DNA of 64,000 nucleotides from an uncultured Muribaculaceae bacterium (GCA_964587855.1 CAZPLT010000001.1:83523-147522); one strand, 5' to 3'. Counted from the stretch's first letter, positions 47,763-58,717 are shown. The notes: generated from the letters alone by a model not told the origin. A program made the numbers and translations.

Positions 47763-48163
47763 TTTTCAATTTTTGTTCGCAGACCAACTTTTTGAAATCC
47801 AGCATCTTTTAGTGCGCCCATCATTGACATAACCGCGCCATAGTTAGCATTTTTATCACCATTAATCATAATGGTCAGTTTTGGGTTTTCCCCACGCATA
47901 GCGATTAAACGATTAACAATTTCTTTTTTTGAATGTTCTTCTTTGCCGACAAAGTATCTGCCACTGGTATCAACACCAATTTGTATTGCATGATCATCAC
48001 CGGACATTGCACTGTGCCCTGCTTTGGGCAAATCAAGATCAATTCCGCTGGTCAACATTGGTGCAGTAACGACAAACACCGCCAGCAAAACAGTCATAAC
48101 GTCAATCATAGGCGTCATAACAATCAAAGAATTTGAATCAACTGATTTTCTTCTGCGTGGCAT
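47759..48163 (-). CDS. tolR: TolR/ExbD family biopolymer transport protein
   Basis: ExbD/TolR signature (INVTPMIDVMTVLLAVF, 134 aa). Confidence 0.85.
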   Translation of the reverse strand: MPRRRKSVDSNSLIVMTPMIDVMTVLLAVFVVTAPMLTSGIDLDLPKAGHSAMSGDDHAIQIGVDTSGRYFVGKEEHSKKEIVNRLIAMRGENPKLTIMINGDKNANYGAVMSMMGALKDAGFQKVGLRTKIEN

Positions 48164-48164
48164 T

Positions 48165-48656
48165 TTATTTTCTCTTCAATTCTTTGATTTGGGAATCTAT
48201 TTTGTTATAAAACTCGTCAGATTTTTTGCTGAAGAATTGATAAAAAACTGCGGCTGGGATTGCGACAAACAGACCCAATGCGGTTTCGCCCAACGCAACC
48301 GCCAGTCCAGGTGCAATAACCGCCAGACTGGTAGAATTATTTGCCCCAATTGCGCTGAACAAATGCATAATCCCCCAAATTGTTCCAAACAATCCAACAA
48401 ATGGCGCAACAGCCGAAGCCATTGATAAAAACCATAAATTTTTATCATAAGGTTCAATAATTTTATCAGTGAATGTTTCCAGATTATCTTCACGGGAAAC
48501 CTTGATTTGGCGACCTTTGGTTTCTTTCCATAAACGGAGTTTACCAATAATAATAGTCCAAGATATAACGCTGGCTGCAACCAACATAATGGATGTTAAA
48601 AAAGCCACCGGGTCGGTCGGTGAAAAAATTGATAGAAATGAAAAGTTATTTTGCAT
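48165..48656 (-). CDS. tolQ: TolQ/ExbB/MotA-family proton channel (short, 163 aa)
   Basis: MotA_ExbB C-terminal region (GLFGTIWGIMHLF...APGLAVALGETALGLFVAIPAAVFYQ). Confidence 0.8.
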   Translation of the reverse strand: MQNNFSFLSIFSPTDPVAFLTSIMLVAASVISWTIIIGKLRLWKETKGRQIKVSREDNLETFTDKIIEPYDKNLWFLSMASAVAPFVGLFGTIWGIMHLFSAIGANNSTSLAVIAPGLAVALGETALGLFVAIPAAVFYQFFSKKSDEFYNKIDSQIKELKRK

Positions 48657-48669
48657 TTTGTTTTTCCTT

Positions 48670-49044
48670 TTATTTTATTTTCTTTATATATTCTTCGGGT
48701 ATTCGTTTAGGTTTCATGTCGGCACCGATATAGGCAGCGGTGCCATGCAGTATAGCATAAATTTCGCCGTCTTTCACGAACTTTTGTTCAACTTTTATTG
48801 ATGCTGCGCCAATTTCAGTCGCATGAGTTTCGACAACAAAATTATCGCCCAATTTCAGTGGTTTTTTATATTTCATATTTAATTCGCGAATTACAAATCC
48901 GATATCTCCATTTGTTGGCGCGGCGTCCATCATCCACTTCATCCGTGCGCGTTCTGCGATTTCAATATATCGTGCATGATACACAATGCCGCCAGCATCA
49001 GTATCAGCATAAGCAATTGAAAAATTAAATTTATGTAGATTCAT
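48670..49044 (-). CDS. ybgC: Tol-Pal-associated acyl-CoA thioesterase (4HBT hotdog)
   Basis: YADTDAGGIVYHARYIEIAERAR hotdog motif. Precedes tolQ. Confidence 0.8.
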   Translation of the reverse strand: MNLHKFNFSIAYADTDAGGIVYHARYIEIAERARMKWMMDAAPTNGDIGFVIRELNMKYKKPLKLGDNFVVETHATEIGAASIKVEQKFVKDGEIYAILHGTAAYIGADMKPKRIPEEYIKKIK

Positions 49045-49066
49045 TTTATCTTATAATTTCTTTATT

Positions 49067-49561
49067 TTAATTATAACATAAATCAGAGTAAACAATTGGA
49101 ACACGCTGTTTTACAATGGATAAAGGACGTTTTAAATAATTTTCTAGTAATTTTATTTTTTCTGGTTGAATAGAGCAAGCAGGAGAGCCAACCATTCTTG
49201 CTATTTCTTTTAATTTAGCATATTGTACCATTGTTATTTCATTTTTATTTATTCCCATTTCTATGGATTTTATATCGTAATTGCAACTTGCGAAATATAA
49301 AAAAGAGTGTTTGGGTTTTCCTGTGGATGTTAAACCAGAAAAATCACCTAGGAAAATAAAATTTGAATATGGAATTAACAGACCAAGTTCTTCAAAAGTC
49401 TCGCGTTTAATTGCTTGTAATGATGTTTCCCCAGGGTCAAGTTGACCACCGGCAGATGTATCCCATCTGTTAGGATTGCGTTTTTTATTTGGTCCGCGAA
49501 GTTGAATTAAAAATTCCCCAGTTAATGAATTCATCAGCCATAATGATGTGGTCAGTTTCAT
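49067..49561 (-). CDS. NUDIX hydrolase
   Basis: Nudix box [24 protein letters not shown]. Confidence 0.8.
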   Translation of the reverse strand: MKLTTSLWLMNSLTGEFLIQLRGPNKKRNPNRWDTSAGGQLDPGETSLQAIKRETFEELGLLIPYSNFIFLGDFSGLTSTGKPKHSFLYFASCNYDIKSIEMGINKNEITMVQYAKLKEIARMVGSPACSIQPEKIKLLENYLKRPLSIVKQRVPIVYSDLCYN

Positions 49562-50550
49562 TTTTTTAATCCCAAATGTTCATACCCATGTTCGGTAATT
49601 ATGCGACCGCGCGGGGTGCGTTGAATGAAACCCTGTTGCATTAAATATGGTTCTATCACATCTTCTATTGTGTCGGCGGGTTCGGATAAAATCGCACTCA
49701 GGTTTTCAATACCGACTGGACCGCCAGCATAATGTTTAACGATAGCATTCATATATTCACGATCTATTTCATCCAGTCCGCGTTTATCAATATGCAATTG
49801 AAACAATGTTGTTTTAATGGTGTCGTCCGTAATATCTTTATTTCCCAATGCCGTGGCAAAATCACGGGCACGTTTTAATAATCTGTTTGCAATACGTGGT
49901 GTGCCACGTGCAGACTGAGCCAGATTCATTGCGCCCTGCTCGGCTATTGGGATTCCCAAAATATTTGCACTGCGTTTGATAATTTTCCCCAAATCATCTG
50001 ATGAATAAAAATTCAATCGTAAATCAATTCCGAATCGATCACGCAAAGGATTAGAAAGTAATCCTGTCCGTGTTGTTGCACCAACCAATGTAAATTGTGG
50101 TAAATCTATACGAACGCTTTTCGCGGATGGTCCATCCCCAAGCATAATATCTAATTTGAAATCTTCCATTGCGGAATACAAGACTTCTTCGATTGCGGTC
50201 GGCAAGCGATGAATTTCATCAATAAACAAAACATCGTTTGGCTCCAGGGATGTTAAAATAGCCGCCAAATCCCCCTGTTTGGTCAGCATGGGTGCAGCAG
50301 TTGCACGAAAATTCGTCCCCAGTTCGTTTGCGACAATATGTGCCAACGTTGTTTTGCCCAGTCCCGGGGGACCATATAAAAGCACATGATCCATTGCTTC
50401 GCCACGTGAACGTGCGCCAGTGATAAAAACGTTCAAGTTTTGTTTCAGTGATTCTTGGCCCACAAAATCAGCCAGTTTCTTTGGGCGAATTGTCGCCGCC
50501 ATTTCATCTGGGATTTCCGGATCTAAAAATCTTTCATTTTCATTTTTCAT
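49558..50550 (-). CDS. ruvB: Holliday junction branch migration ATPase RuvB
   Basis: AAA+ Walker [10 protein letters not shown], RuvB N/C domains, 330 aa. Confidence 0.95.
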   Translation of the reverse strand: MKNENERFLDPEIPDEMAATIRPKKLADFVGQESLKQNLNVFITGARSRGEAMDHVLLYGPPGLGKTTLAHIVANELGTNFRATAAPMLTKQGDLAAILTSLEPNDVLFIDEIHRLPTAIEEVLYSAMEDFKLDIMLGDGPSAKSVRIDLPQFTLVGATTRTGLLSNPLRDRFGIDLRLNFYSSDDLGKIIKRSANILGIPIAEQGAMNLAQSARGTPRIANRLLKRARDFATALGNKDITDDTIKTTLFQLHIDKRGLDEIDREYMNAIVKHYAGGPVGIENLSAILSEPADTIEDVIEPYLMQQGFIQRTPRGRIITEHGYEHLGLKK

Positions 50551-51209
50551 TATAATAATTTATCGTCTTCGTTTTCGCGACCTACATAGGCCTTGATATC
50601 GTTATATAATTGTTTTAGCTCGGCGGGTGTTGCATATTCAGCGGTTGCGTCTTTTATTTTTATTGTTTCTACGATTATTTGCGCTTGTTTTTTCAAAATC
50701 TGTGTCAGATGAACACCAAAGGCATGTGCGTCTTCGCTTTCTTTGCTGCCCTGTATCATCAAACCACGATTTGGACGTGGTGATAAAAATGTAAAATCAC
50801 TGACTGATGAATCTGGTGATACCAGTGTGAAACCGCTGACCTCTGGTCTGCGCATCATTGCCTGGATTGCATACCATGCACCCAAGTGATTTCCGGCCAA
50901 CCATAATCTGTCACTTTCTTCGTTTTGATTTTGTATCCAATCAATTACGGTTGCGATATCAATCATATTGTCCGAAGTTGTTCCCAATGTACCTTCGGAA
51001 TCACCAACGCCACGATAATTAAAACGAACAACTGAAAATCCAATATCCATATAAGCCCGAAACATAGCATAAGATACACGATCGTTCATATGATACCCAG
51101 TATGGGGATTTCCAGGCAAAATTACAGCCAAAGGTGCCGCTTCGGTGGCGGATTTATGATAAACCGAATGAATTTTTCCAGTATCGCCAGAAATTATAAC
51201 ATCAACCAT
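50550..51209 (-). CDS. Alpha/beta hydrolase-fold protein
   Basis: [11 protein letters not shown] and nucleophile-elbow-like GNHLG (His in place of the usual Ser). Occupies the position where ruvA is usually found. Confidence 0.5.
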   Translation of the reverse strand: MVDVIISGDTGKIHSVYHKSATEAAPLAVILPGNPHTGYHMNDRVSYAMFRAYMDIGFSVVRFNYRGVGDSEGTLGTTSDNMIDIATVIDWIQNQNEESDRLWLAGNHLGAWYAIQAMMRRPEVSGFTLVSPDSSVSDFTFLSPRPNRGLMIQGSKESEDAHAFGVHLTQILKKQAQIIVETIKIKDATAEYATPAELKQLYNDIKAYVGRENEDDKLL

Positions 51210-51361
51210 TTATTACTCCCTTGGGACATTTAATATAAATTTTGCCCTGTAATATATTTGTTATACACCAAATGATTTCTAAATTTCAACACTATTTTTT
51301 TGCTTTGACATGTGTTGCCAAAATAGTTTAACATTAAATCAAAATAACAAGGGTAAATATC

Positions 51362-52282
51362 ATGGCAATATTTATGGGTGCATTTAAAAAGGCAAAAACA
51401 TTCGGTTTATTGGCATTGGTCGCGGCTACTTTTCCATTTGCGTCAAGCATAGCCGAAGAATTACAAACAATTTATACAGATATTCCGGCTGCTTCATACT
51501 ATGCACGCCCAGATGATCCGAACTTTGTTCCAGAAACAGAATTTATGCAACGTACAGACTCGCTGAATTATGACGACAATATAATTGCTGCGCAATCTGA
51601 ACAAACCGATGCAATGCCAGGGGTTCGTTTTACGGACAGACCGGCGGTTGTTTGCCGTGATTTTGGCTGTACCCGTTTGAATGATCGTATTACCAGAACC
51701 TTTTTATTTAACAGCTTGTCTGGCGTGTTTATGACTAATGCCCATTCTCAGGTTCATATTTGTGAGGCGGATCCATTTTCACGTGTTTGTTTGCAATCTG
51801 GAATCAGTTTCCCAGTACGGGTTGGAATTGCAAATGCTTTGGTAAAAATCCCCCAGGCAACAATCACCCAGGTAAATATATCCACAGGATTGTCAAAAAC
51901 TACCATAGGGATGAGCTATGATTTCTTGGTAAATGGCATCAGTGTTCAATGTGCACCAGCATTAGTAGATTTGGTTATCCCTGCTAATTCCCAGGCTACA
52001 TTGGCTACTCGTGAATTTTCATGCAATATGACTACAGATGGTTTGACCAATGTTTCTTTATTGATAAATGTTGATTATATTGACTTAGACTTTGGTATGA
52101 TTGGTGGGTATTACTCATTGGGATTACAGGGCCCAGCGATTGGTGGTGGTACTGGATATGCTTTGTTTAAGATGGAGTTTGCAAACAAGGGTATGACAAT
52201 GCAAGCAGCCACCGATGAGAAAAAGCCAGAAGCTATAACAATTCAACCCGGAGAATATGCGGTTGAACCGATGGAAAAATAA
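51362..52282 (+). CDS. Secreted protein (306 aa), unknown
   Basis: Signal peptide (ALVAATFPFASSIA). No domain recognised. Confidence 0.5.
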   Translation: MAIFMGAFKKAKTFGLLALVAATFPFASSIAEELQTIYTDIPAASYYARPDDPNFVPETEFMQRTDSLNYDDNIIAAQSEQTDAMPGVRFTDRPAVVCRDFGCTRLNDRITRTFLFNSLSGVFMTNAHSQVHICEADPFSRVCLQSGISFPVRVGIANALVKIPQATITQVNISTGLSKTTIGMSYDFLVNGISVQCAPALVDLVIPANSQATLATREFSCNMTTDGLTNVSLLINVDYIDLDFGMIGGYYSLGLQGPAIGGGTGYALFKMEFANKGMTMQAATDEKKPEAITIQPGEYAVEPMEK

Positions 52283-52312
52283 TAATCCCCCTTGTTTGCG
52301 GGGGAAATAAAT

Positions 52313-52936
52313 ATGAAAAAAACTGTTCTTATTATTGATGATGATGACTTGTTGCGTGGCAGTTTAGCCAAAGGTCTTAAATCCGAGTCTTTTGCCGTAA
52401 TAACCGCTGAATCTGCGGAAACAGCCACAGAAATATTAAAAAGAATATCTGTTGATGCAATCGTTTTGGATAGAATGATGGTTGGTGTTGATGGGTTAAC
52501 TTTCTTAAAAGGTTTACGTGCATCTGATAATCAAACACCTGTTATAATGCTGACGGCGTTATCTGGACCGGAAAATGCAATTGTTGGACTTTCTGGTGGT
52601 GCAGATGATTATTTGGCAAAGCCTTTTCAGTTAAAAGAGCTTGTTTTACGCCTTAAAAACATAATGCGTCAGTCAGAAAGTAAATTATCTAGGGAAAGAA
52701 ACGCTTTGCCAAGGGGACTTGCATTTTCGGATAATGAGTTCTATATTAATGATAAGTTGTTGGGATTATCAATAGCCGAGAAAGAATTGTTAAAAAATTT
52801 GACTTTTCCGGTAGGAAATATTGTGCCTGCAACCCCTATGGTCGCGAAACGTATGCGCGAAAAATTATTAAGTGTGTTAGATGGTGTTGAAATGGTCACT
52901 GTACGTGGCAAAGGATATAAATTGGTGATAAAGTGA
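52313..52936 (+). CDS. OmpR-family response regulator
   Basis: Receiver domain (DDDD...D...K pattern) and winged-helix C-terminus. Confidence 0.85.
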   Translation: MKKTVLIIDDDDLLRGSLAKGLKSESFAVITAESAETATEILKRISVDAIVLDRMMVGVDGLTFLKGLRASDNQTPVIMLTALSGPENAIVGLSGGADDYLAKPFQLKELVLRLKNIMRQSESKLSRERNALPRGLAFSDNEFYINDKLLGLSIAEKELLKNLTFPVGNIVPATPMVAKRMREKLLSVLDGVEMVTVRGKGYKLVIK

Positions 52937-54210
52937 AATTATTTCCAAAATCATTTTTATGGAGAACGGTTCTGATGATAATGGTGCCATTGATAGTGGC
53001 TCAAATCATCATGGCAAACGTGTTCTTTGGTAATCACTGGCAACGTGTTCATGCATCTATGGCACGGTCTTTGTCTGGTGAAATTACAACTATGTTAAAT
53101 CTGTGGGACAGCGGAAACATCAAAGCAGTTTCTACTATGGCGCATGATACAGGAATAAATGTTTCTGTGAATGAACATTTAAATCGGCCACGGGAAAACG
53201 ATAATAAATCCCGTGAAGCTGGGCAATTGGCGCAAGATTTAAAATTTAAAGTTAAAAACCCAGTAAATATATATATTGATCGCGCTAATCGTTTGCTTTA
53301 TGTCGATGTGCCACGCGATGATAAAATAATGACTTTTGCGACATCTCTTCGTCGTGTTTATTCCACCAGTACCGAAGTATTTATAATTTGGTTAATCGGT
53401 TCGGTTTTAATAGTTGGAATTTTAATAGCCCCATTTATAATTATGCATACACGTTCTATTCATAAAATTGCACGTGCAGCAAACAAATTTGGTCGTGGAT
53501 TGGATGATCCTAATTTTAAACCAATGGGCAGTCGTGAAATCCGCGAGGCCAGTCGAGCACTTATTTTAATGAAAGAACGTTTGAATCGTTATAATCGTAC
53601 CAGAACGGATATGTTAAATGCGGTCAGCCATGATTTAAAGGCCCCACTGGCACGTATGCGATTGGCGGTTGAAACCGAGAGCTCGGATAAAAATGTTTTA
53701 CTGCGCGATATTGATCGTATGTCTGAAATGGTTAATGGATATTTGGCGTTTGCGCGTGGTGAAATTCCAGAAATAGAGCAAGATATTTCTTTGCCACCAA
53801 TGTTGACACGTATTGCTCGTGATGCGATTGGGAAAAAGAAATTGGAAACTGATTTTCCATCCCCTGCTGCTAATTTTTATGCCAGACCAACTGCCTTGGC
53901 CAGTGCATTCCAAAATATAATTGAAAACGCTGCCAGACATGCCAAAAAGAAAGTTTTAATTACCGAGCATGACGGTATAGAATCTGTAGAAATAACCATA
54001 GATGATGATGGTCTGGGAATTCCAGAGGATAAACGTGCAGATGCTTTACGCCCATTCGTCAGATTGGATGCAGCACGTGGCAAAGATACCGGTGGAACCG
54101 GATTGGGATTATCTATCGCACAAACAGCTATTGAAAATCATGGTGGGCAATTATTACTGGAAGATTCACCACTGGGTGGATTACGTGTCCGCGTGATATT
54201 GCCGATATAA
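52933..54210 (+). CDS. Sensor histidine kinase (EnvZ-like: 2 TM, HAMP, HisKA, HATPase)
   Basis: H-box SHDLKAPLARM, N/G boxes (GGTGLGLSIAQ). 4-bp overlap with the regulator gene. Confidence 0.85.
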   Translation: MKLFPKSFLWRTVLMIMVPLIVAQIIMANVFFGNHWQRVHASMARSLSGEITTMLNLWDSGNIKAVSTMAHDTGINVSVNEHLNRPRENDNKSREAGQLAQDLKFKVKNPVNIYIDRANRLLYVDVPRDDKIMTFATSLRRVYSTSTEVFIIWLIGSVLIVGILIAPFIIMHTRSIHKIARAANKFGRGLDDPNFKPMGSREIREASRALILMKERLNRYNRTRTDMLNAVSHDLKAPLARMRLAVETESSDKNVLLRDIDRMSEMVNGYLAFARGEIPEIEQDISLPPMLTRIARDAIGKKKLETDFPSPAANFYARPTALASAFQNIIENAARHAKKKVLITEHDGIESVEITIDDDGLGIPEDKRADALRPFVRLDAARGKDTGGTGLGLSIAQTAIENHGGQLLLEDSPLGGLRVRVILPI

Positions 54211-54211
54211 A

Positions 54212-54988
54212 ATGAAAAAATTACCAAAAATTTCTGTAATAATCCCAATGCGCGATACTGAAAAATATATCGGAGAGTGTCTTGATTCTGTGATGTCTCA
54301 AACTTATCCAAATTTGGAAATAATCGTTGTTGATGACGGCAGTACAGATAACAGTGTTTTAATTGCTAAATCATATAAAGTAAAAGTTATTCAGCAAAAA
54401 AAGATGGGTGTTTCTGTTGCCAGAAATACAGGAATTGATACGGCAACTGGTGAATATTTACATTTTATTGATGCAGATGATAAACTTTTAAATAAAGATT
54501 TTTATGAAAATGTGATGGCTGGTATTGGTAACACAGATATTGCGATAGTTGGAGTTGTTGATGAAAAATATGGTGATAAACCAGTTGAAAATTTTAAAAG
54601 TGTTAAAATTTATCACAGCAAGCAATCAAAGATAAACATCAGCAAAGTTGCACGCCGTCCAGCAGTTTGGCGATTTATATTTCGCCGCGATTTTTTAATA
54701 AAAAATAAGTTGCGATTTGAACCTGGGCGAGTTACCAGTCAAGATGTTATGTTTACTATTCCTGCCGTATTTTATGCAAATTCAATAGCTACAATCCCAA
54801 ATACTTTTTATTGGTACAGACGCGCGCCACTGGGCGCAATGCGTGACCCTGCCCGCGCTTTTGCACGCGAACAAAACAAAAAGATAGTATGGGATCGTGC
54901 AGTTAAATTTGCAGTTAAAAATAAATTTTTTTTGGGATTTCGCCGCAGCTTTTTCAAATGGTTGAAAATACTCTTTATTAGAAAATAA
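54212..54988 (+). CDS. Family 2 glycosyltransferase
   Basis: ISVIIPMRDTEKYIGECLDSVMSQTYPNLEIIVVDDGSTDNS is a GT2 N-terminal signature. DAD motif. Confidence 0.8.
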   Translation: MKKLPKISVIIPMRDTEKYIGECLDSVMSQTYPNLEIIVVDDGSTDNSVLIAKSYKVKVIQQKKMGVSVARNTGIDTATGEYLHFIDADDKLLNKDFYENVMAGIGNTDIAIVGVVDEKYGDKPVENFKSVKIYHSKQSKINISKVARRPAVWRFIFRRDFLIKNKLRFEPGRVTSQDVMFTIPAVFYANSIATIPNTFYWYRRAPLGAMRDPARAFAREQNKKIVWDRAVKFAVKNKFFLGFRRSFFKWLKILFIRK

Positions 54989-54991
54989 AAA

Positions 54992-55252
54992 TTATTTTGA
55001 GTTTTCTATTTCAGATTTAAGTTTTTCAATTCTATCTCTGGTAGAACGCATTAATTTTTTATTTGCTTTATTTACTTTTAGCCAGCCTTCTATCTTTTTT
55101 ATCTTTCGAATAAAAAGAAATCTATTTTGAGATTGTAAAGCATTAGCCAAAGTTTTTAATTCTAAAATATCCTCTTCAAATTCAGAAAAGTCGTTTTTTG
55201 GCGCATCTGCGCCACCATTTTGTTTAAGTGTATTTTGCCTTTGATCGTTCAC
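54992..55252 (-). CDS. Small coiled-coil protein (86 aa), unknown
   Basis: ORF only. Confidence 0.3.
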   Translation of the reverse strand: MNDQRQNTLKQNGGADAPKNDFSEFEEDILELKTLANALQSQNRFLFIRKIKKIEGWLKVNKANKKLMRSTRDRIEKLKSEIENSK

Positions 55253-55276
55253 ATAACACCTCTTATATTTAGGAGG

Positions 55277-56470
55277 TTATTTTTTTACAGGTATTTTCAA
55301 TTTTTGTTTTGGATATATCAAATTTGGATTTTCTATTTTGTTTGCATCAACAATCATTGTATATCTGATGCCACGACCCAAAAAGTTTCTGGCAATTATC
55401 CATAAAGAATCATCACGGCGTACAACATACCATGTATCATCGCCCGGTAACATTTCTGGCATTGTAAATGGATATTTTATCAATGCGGCTACTTTGTCAG
55501 AGCCATCATGCATTTGAATGCGAATGGTATATTTGTTGCCTGGTTTCAATTCGCCAACATTTGCGCCCAATCCAAAGTTTTTATGATCAGATACATGCGC
55601 CATTCCCAAAATTTTATCGTCCAGTGCCAATGTTACGCGTGTACGTGGTATAGCAACACCTTGGACTACGATTCTTTGAGTTTCCAAATAATCAATCTTT
55701 GTGACCTTTAAATCGCCATCTTTTAATATAGGTGATTGTAAGAATTTAGAACCATTTTTATCCATCAGCAAAGACATTGAATTTTCACCGCCTTTTTCAG
55801 ACACATAAACAAATACATCAGATTCCGAGTTTAATTCCTGTTCTACCCCGGACAGACGAATTATATAATTTCCAGCAGCAAAACTTTTTGTTGGGGAATA
55901 AACAAATTCACCATTCTTATCAGTTTTTTCTGTAGATATGATTTTATTGTTTACTTTTATTGATACACTGTGATTTGGTAACCAACGTCCAGCAACCAAT
56001 ATTTTTCCATCTTTATCAATTCTTACTAAATCAAAGCTGGGCATTTCGGTCTTTTGTACTTCTTGAGCTTGTTCAACTTTGGTTTGAATAGGTTGAATAG
56101 TTGGTTCTGGAACATTATTTGTTTTTTTGTCTTCTACAGAACATTTTGGTGACAGCAAAACATAAATCAGCATAATCATTACCGCCAAAGCACAAATAAT
56201 TGGGAACCAATATGTCAACATCCAATGGTTTGTTTTTTTCTGAGCCTGTGGTTTGTTTTGTTTTGCATTAACTGTTTTTTTTGCAGGAACCAAAGCGGCA
56301 GGAACAGCAGGTTTTGCAAATATATTTAATTTGCGCAAAACCTTGATAGCAATAGCGCTGCGTCTGGCCATCCAGCTGTTTTGACGGCTGACAGCATTAT
56401 CAATAATCAAATTAGTTGATTTTTTTGTTTTGCCCATATCTGCAAAACGTTCTTTTTTTTGAAACCACAT
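55277..56470 (-). CDS. Bitopic LysM-domain protein
   Basis: N-terminal cytoplasmic region, TM (YWFPIICALAVMIMLIYVLL), periplasmic beta-rich region. C-terminal LysM (YVVRRDDSLWIIARNFL...YPKQKLKIP). Confidence 0.65.
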   Translation of the reverse strand: MWFQKKERFADMGKTKKSTNLIIDNAVSRQNSWMARRSAIAIKVLRKLNIFAKPAVPAALVPAKKTVNAKQNKPQAQKKTNHWMLTYWFPIICALAVMIMLIYVLLSPKCSVEDKKTNNVPEPTIQPIQTKVEQAQEVQKTEMPSFDLVRIDKDGKILVAGRWLPNHSVSIKVNNKIISTEKTDKNGEFVYSPTKSFAAGNYIIRLSGVEQELNSESDVFVYVSEKGGENSMSLLMDKNGSKFLQSPILKDGDLKVTKIDYLETQRIVVQGVAIPRTRVTLALDDKILGMAHVSDHKNFGLGANVGELKPGNKYTIRIQMHDGSDKVAALIKYPFTMPEMLPGDDTWYVVRRDDSLWIIARNFLGRGIRYTMIVDANKIENPNLIYPKQKLKIPVKK

Positions 56471-56590
56471 AGGCGTGCCCTTTGTCAGGTTATATATTTG
56501 TTTCTCTCCGCCTCTCGTTCCAAATAATAGCCAAAATAAGTTTTATTGTCAATCCAAATTATGATAAGATATAAATAAAGAGGATATATT

Positions 56591-57673
56591 ATGAAAAAAA
56601 TTGGAATAATGACAACCGGTGGGGATTGCAGTGGGTTAAATGCCGCTATTATGCGACTGGTTGCTGGTGGAATTGGTCGTGGATACCAAATGTTTGGGAT
56701 TTTGGACGGAACGGATGGTTTGATTGAAAATCCACCCGCTATAATTAAATTTGATGATAATTTACCACCTCCAGAATACATCAGAATGTCGGGCAGTTTT
56801 TTAAAAAATGGTAATGCAAAGGCTGAAAACTTTAATACCGCGGCACGTGCAGGTAAGTTAAAAGATTTTCAAAGCAAATTAAAGAAATCTATAGAAAAGC
56901 TGGATATGGATGCTTTGATTTTGATTGGTGGAAATGGTAGTTTAAGTTTAGCGCATAATAATCGTCATGTTTATTCTAATGTTCAGATAGTTTGTATTCC
57001 AAAAACAATAGATATGGATATACCATTGACTGAAAGAACAATCGGTTTTGATACTGCGGTTCAGGGATTAACTGCTTTTTGCGACCAATTAATGCAAACT
57101 GCACGCTCACATCACAGATGGTTCGTTGTGCAATCAATGGGTCGCGATACGGGACATCTGGCTTTGCACGCTGGGGTTGCGGTTGGTGCTTCGGCGATTT
57201 TAATTCCAGAAATTAAATTTTCAATGAATACTTTAACTAAACATCTCAAAAATTCCCCACGGGATTATGGTGTAATTGTGGTTGCCGAAGGCATTAAAAT
57301 GCGTGGGCATTCTGGCGAAGCAGCTGATATGGTTGCACGGGAATTAAAAAAGAATGGTTTTGCGGTTCGTACCGCTTTTCCAGAACATATTCAGCGTGTT
57401 GGTGATACAACTGCAGCAGACAGAATTTTAGCATCACGGTTTGCTGATGCAGCATTAAGTGCTATAGAAAATAATGAAACCTATGTAATGACTGCATTGG
57501 TGGATGGTGTTGCTAAAAGCGTTCCATTAACTGATATGTTTAATTCAGGCGAAGTATCGTCAGATCCAACAATTCCAAATTTAAATGTTTCAAATTCATT
57601 TGTTCCGTTAAGCAGTCCCCTGCTGACTGCGGCAATTTCCATGGGCGCGTATGTTGGTGAAATTAAAAAATAA
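56591..57673 (+). CDS. pfk: 6-phosphofructokinase (PFK-A family; ATP vs PPi dependence undetermined)
   Basis: MKKIGIMTTGGDCSGLNAAI, IGGNGS, PKTIDMDI, and MGRDTGHLAL motifs. Confidence 0.85.
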   Translation: MKKIGIMTTGGDCSGLNAAIMRLVAGGIGRGYQMFGILDGTDGLIENPPAIIKFDDNLPPPEYIRMSGSFLKNGNAKAENFNTAARAGKLKDFQSKLKKSIEKLDMDALILIGGNGSLSLAHNNRHVYSNVQIVCIPKTIDMDIPLTERTIGFDTAVQGLTAFCDQLMQTARSHHRWFVVQSMGRDTGHLALHAGVAVGASAILIPEIKFSMNTLTKHLKNSPRDYGVIVVAEGIKMRGHSGEAADMVARELKKNGFAVRTAFPEHIQRVGDTTAADRILASRFADAALSAIENNETYVMTALVDGVAKSVPLTDMFNSGEVSSDPTIPNLNVSNSFVPLSSPLLTAAISMGAYVGEIKK

Positions 57674-57703
57674 AAAAATCCCGCAATTGCGGGATTTTTA
57701 ATT
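57673..57703 (+). terminator. Rho-independent terminator after pfk
   Basis: atcccgc-aattg-cgggat plus T-run. Confidence 0.75.
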
Positions 57704-57868
57704 AAATTACATTCTTTCTAGTATTTGATTAAATTTATAATAAATATGAAATGCTTTATTGTCTGAGGCTTTGTTAAGTTTTAAATGTAAAAATTCCATT
57801 TCTTTTTTAATAAGCTCTTTTTTGTTTTCCGAATCTGGCATAGCTTCAAATTTTCTAAATTTATTTAA

Positions 57869-58168
57869 TTATTTAGCATAGAGATCAATAACGGATTGGT
57901 TTTCTAAATATAATTTTTTAGTAGGACAAGAAACTTTATTTGATCTATTAGTTTCGTTAATACCGCGTTCTATTTGTAAATAGTCAGATATTGCCTTAAT
58001 GCCAACTTCCGAAGAATAGCCAAATTCGTCGGAAAGAATATATAAATAAGCGAGTGCACGCACAGGTGTATTTCTTTGTGGAAGTTTGAATAACTCGACA
58101 GCTATTTCATTTGCTGTTTTCCCTTCTATTTTAGATTTTGAAATGTTATAAACATCTTTAGATCTCAT
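57869..58168 (-). CDS. Hypothetical protein (99 aa)
   Basis: ORF in an AT-rich spacer between pfk and dnaK. Paired with the next ORF. Confidence 0.35.
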   Translation of the reverse strand: MRSKDVYNISKSKIEGKTANEIAVELFKLPQRNTPVRALAYLYILSDEFGYSSEVGIKAISDYLQIERGINETNRSNKVSCPTKKLYLENQSVIDLYAK

Positions 58169-58189
58169 TTTATACCCTTTTTTACATTT

Positions 58190-58558
58190 TTATAAATGAT
58201 TTTGAAAACTTTTTGCAATAAAATATTGTTGATATCTGCCTTGTAAAGGATAATGTTCTAATATCCCAGCCGCAATTCCCAACGAAACTAATTTATCCAT
58301 ATCATTATGAAATGCGGTCCAAAAAGTACCATTTTTTGTTATTAATAAGTTTGCAAAAGATAGTGGCATATTAACATATTCCAATTGAGATATAAGTGAT
58401 TTTATAATATTTTTTCTTTTATTTACAATGTCAGGATTAAATCGGGTTTCCCCTGTTTTTGTACCTTTAACAAGAACGCTGTTTTGTAAAGTTGCGTTTT
58501 TTTGACATTCTGTAAAGATTTGTTGCACTAATTTGGCCGTTAATGTTGGTGTACTCAT
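58190..58558 (-). CDS. Hypothetical protein (122 aa)
   Basis: ORF 21 bp upstream of the 99-aa ORF on the same strand. Confidence 0.35.
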   Translation of the reverse strand: MSTPTLTAKLVQQIFTECQKNATLQNSVLVKGTKTGETRFNPDIVNKRKNIIKSLISQLEYVNMPLSFANLLITKNGTFWTAFHNDMDKLVSLGIAAGILEHYPLQGRYQQYFIAKSFQNHL

Positions 58559-58717
58559 TGTTTTTACCTTTAAATTTAATAATTTGGATTACTAAAATGG
58601 TGCAAAAAATCATTTTGTCAAGTGGATTATATTCTTTTATAGTTCCGCCCCTTGACGGGGGAATTTTTTTAACTATATCCCCAAGAGTAAATCAATAAAG
58701 ATTAAGGAGTATGAAAA

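Noticed and set aside
52285-52305. Hairpin cccccttgtttgcggggg immediately before the response-regulator start
   Set aside because: It has no T-run and so is not a canonical intrinsic terminator. It may be an RNA structure or attenuator, but the evidence is insufficient to call.
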